A stretch of DNA of 63,621 nt, the filler included, from Candidatus Woesearchaeota archaeon (GTDB taxonomy: Archaea; Nanobdellota; Nanobdellia; Woesearchaeales; B72-G16): NCBI GenBank assembly GCA_003650545.1. It is 15 parts of 15 records of this genome, joined end to end, with 100 filler letters (N's around TTAATTAATTAA, not from the genome) between each part and the next. Parts side by side here need not be neighbours in the genome. Positions count along the whole stretch, not along the records: positions 59,796 to 63,621 come from QMQO01000087.1; 14 more parts are not named here. One strand, 5' to 3'. A program made the translations under genes and the position numbers. Below, in pieces: positions 61,719 to 63,621 of the stretch; within the stretch, counting starts at the first letter, position 1, and every line of letters begins with the position of its first letter. The notes under the pieces were generated by a model. It saw only the letters and a list, made by a program, of their open reading frames with translations. It searched no databases and was not told where the DNA came from.

Positions 61719-63621
61719 ATGGCAAAAAAAAGAAAAGGAGAAATCGCGCCTGGTGAGGCGGTAGGTACTGTTGCTGCACAAAGTTTAGGCGAACCAGGTA
61801 CCCAGATGAGCACTTCCGCCGATGAGAAAGTTATAATTAAGATAGGTTCTGAGATTAGAATCGTGAAAATCGGTGAATTTGTTGACTCAATAATGGGAAA
61901 ATTTGGTTCAAAAAAATTAGGAAGAGCAGAAGTATATGATTTTCCAAGAAAAGAAAATATTTTTGCACTTAGCTTAAATCAAAATGAAAAGCTAAAATGG
62001 AAAAAAATAATTTCTTGCAGCCGCCACAAGAATTCAAAAAAACTTATGAAAATAAGAACTGCTTCAGGAAGGGAGATTACTGCGACTGATAATCACTCAT
62101 TTGTTATCAGAGCAGACAATAAAGTAACTCCTATTGTAGGCAAGAAACTTAATGTTGGGGACAGGATTCCAGTTATGAAGTATCTTCCAGAAAATTGTAA
62201 TACAATGATAAATATAGAACCATTATTGCCAAATAATTTTATTACAATCAAGGAAGAAAATACTTTAAGATCAAGAAAAGGTTTTACACCAATTCCAGAA
62301 ACATTTGAATTGAATGATTTGTTTGGATGGTTTATAGGAGCCTATCTTTCAGAAGGATGCGCAACCACTCATGGTGAAGTTAGTATATCAAATACAAATA
62401 CTAAATTTATATCAAATCTTAAACAATTTGCAGAAAGATTCAATCTTAGGTACGGTGAATTTAAACATAACAGAGGATTTTCACACAGCCATGATTTCAA
62501 GATAAGATCTACCATTTTTTCTCAGTTCATACTTAACATTTGTAGAACAGGCTCTGATAAAAAGATTGTTCCGGATTTTGCATACTCTGCGTGTGAGGAA
62601 TTTGTCTCTGGATTATTGAGAGGCTATTTTGATGGCGATGGAAATGTTACTGTTAAAAGAAAAATGATTAGGATCTCCTCAAATTCAGAGAACCTGATTG
62701 ATGGAATTAAATTATTACTAACAAGGTTTGGCATATTTGCACGCAAAACAAAAGGCAAAAAACAAATTTTGCTTCTAATTCCATATAAATATGCACCAAT
62801 ATTTCTTTCAAAGATAGGTTCTGATATAAAGGATAAAAAGAAGAAATTAAAACAATTGGCAAAACTGGCAGAAGGATTTTTGAACAATAAATCCCAAGAT
62901 TATACAGAAATGACTTGCAACTTTGGAAATATATTATATGATATTGCGAAAAAACTTGGATATCGCACACGTTATGTTAATAATTTCACTAAACGCCAAA
63001 GAATAGGTATTACCACTCTTTCCCATTATACTGCACTGTTTGAAAGATTGGCAAAAGAAAAGAATGCGAATATAAAAAATGAAATTAATATCTTAAAAAG
63101 AATGTTAAACGCAGATGTTGTTTGGGATAAGATAACAGAGATATCTTATGTAACACCAACATCAAAATATGTTTATGATTTTTCTGTTTCAGGACTTGAG
63201 ACTTTCACAACTTTTGATGGGATTGTAACACACAACACAATGCGGACTTTCCACTATGCTGGCGTAGCAGAGCAGGTGCCGACAGGCCTGCCAAGGGTTA
63301 TTGAGATAGTTGATGCAAGAAGGACGCCAAAAAAACCATTTATGGATATTTATATTAAGCCGCAGTATGTGAACAATAAAAAGAAAGTTGCGCAGATTTT
63401 AAGCGAAATAGAGCATACTACATTAGGAATGATTGGAAAAATAAGAGAGGATTTGGCAAGTCATACAATTCTTATTAAACTAAATGAAAAAGAACTCAAA
63501 GCGCGCGGACTGGTTATTAAAGACATTAAACAAAAGATAAAAGAAAAAATGTCTGAAGTTGAGATAAAAACAAAAAAAGATGTGTTATATGTCAAATTTA
63601 AAAAGTCAGATGCTTATAAAA
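61719..63621 (+). CDS. rpoA2: DNA-directed RNA polymerase subunit A'' (Rpo1C) with intein, 3' truncated
   Basis: Manual translation: MAKKRKGEIAPGEAVGTVAAQSLGEPGTQM-[intein]-TMRTFHYAGVAEQVPTGLPRVIEIVDARR. Absent from the track because it runs off the window. Confidence 0.95.
   Translation, partial: MAKKRKGEIAPGEAVGTVAAQSLGEPGTQMSTSADEKVIIKIGSEIRIVKIGEFVDSIMGKFGSKKLGRAEVYDFPRKENIFALSLNQNEKLKWKKIISCSRHKNSKKLMKIRTASGREITATDNHSFVIRADNKVTPIVGKKLNVGDRIPVMKYLPENCNTMINIEPLLPNNFITIKEENTLRSRKGFTPIPETFELNDLFGWFIGAYLSEGCATTHGEVSISNTNTKFISNLKQFAERFNLRYGEFKHNRGFSHSHDFKIRSTIFSQFILNICRTGSDKKIVPDFAYSACEEFVSGLLRGYFDGDGNVTVKRKMIRISSNSENLIDGIKLLLTRFGIFARKTKGKKQILLLIPYKYAPIFLSKIGSDIKDKKKKLKQLAKLAEGFLNNKSQDYTEMTCNFGNILYDIAKKLGYRTRYVNNFTKRQRIGITTLSHYTALFERLAKEKNANIKNEINILKRMLNADVVWDKITEISYVTPTSKYVYDFSVSGLETFTTFDGIVTHNTMRTFHYAGVAEQVPTGLPRVIEIVDARRTPKKPFMDIYIKPQYVNNKKKVAQILSEIEHTTLGMIGKIREDLASHTILIKLNEKELKARGLVIKDIKQKIKEKMSEVEIKTKKDVLYVKFKKSDAYK
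61809..63236 (+). mobile_element. intein with LAGLIDADG homing endonuclease (476 aa)
   Basis: Starts with Ser (STSADEKVII); block B ITATDNHSF; endonuclease motifs FIGAYLSEG and LLRGYFDGDG; ends VYDFSV...IVTHN followed by Thr. Confidence 0.93.

Noticed and set aside
2659..62970. Numerous 60-170 aa antisense or alternate-frame ORFs in the track (e.g. 2659-2994, 22643-22993, 40692-40961, 59922-60422, 62624-62970)
   Set aside because: They are shadows of well-supported genes and carry no motifs of their own.
1..63621. rRNA, complete tRNA, CRISPR arrays, transposases or an alternative genetic code
   Set aside because: None recognised by eye; genes terminate normally under code 11. A covariance-model scan was not possible.

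Overview
This window is not one locus. It is 15 unrelated contigs of about 4 kb, joined by 100-nt N/TTAATTAATTAA/N linkers: 1-4638, 4739-9242, 9343-13674, 13775-18103, 18204-22434, 22535-26758, 26859-31009, 31110-35248, 35349-39438, 39539-43571, 43672-47641, 47742-51700, 51801-55725, 55826-59695 and 59796-63621. Gene content points to a mixed, probably thermal or anoxic community: Thermoprotei-like and DPANN-like archaea, anaerobic bacteria and virus-like fragments. Two candidates stand out as new systems. (1) A two-gene archaeal operon encodes a 390-aa helical protein with C-terminal membrane helices and a 667-aa catalytically inactive, apparently PAZ-less Argonaute (48208-51412). It resembles a fused, single-chain version of the SiAgo/Aga1/Aga2 abortive-infection system. 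(2) A 3870-bp perfectly palindromic contig has its axis in a non-coding region beside a 23-bp-periodic CCATCA iteron array and a gene resembling the SSV1 B251-like ATPase. This suggests a hairpin-ended linear archaeal replicon, although a fold-back artefact must be excluded. Other observations include a GINS-B-like domain on an ABC solute-binding protein, a circularly permuted DUF2341, a PTP-HD fusion, homopolymer frameshifts in tadC and a Schlafen/AlbA gene, and a 476-aa LAGLIDADG intein in RNA polymerase A''. All family assignments come from motif recognition by eye; no searches were run.
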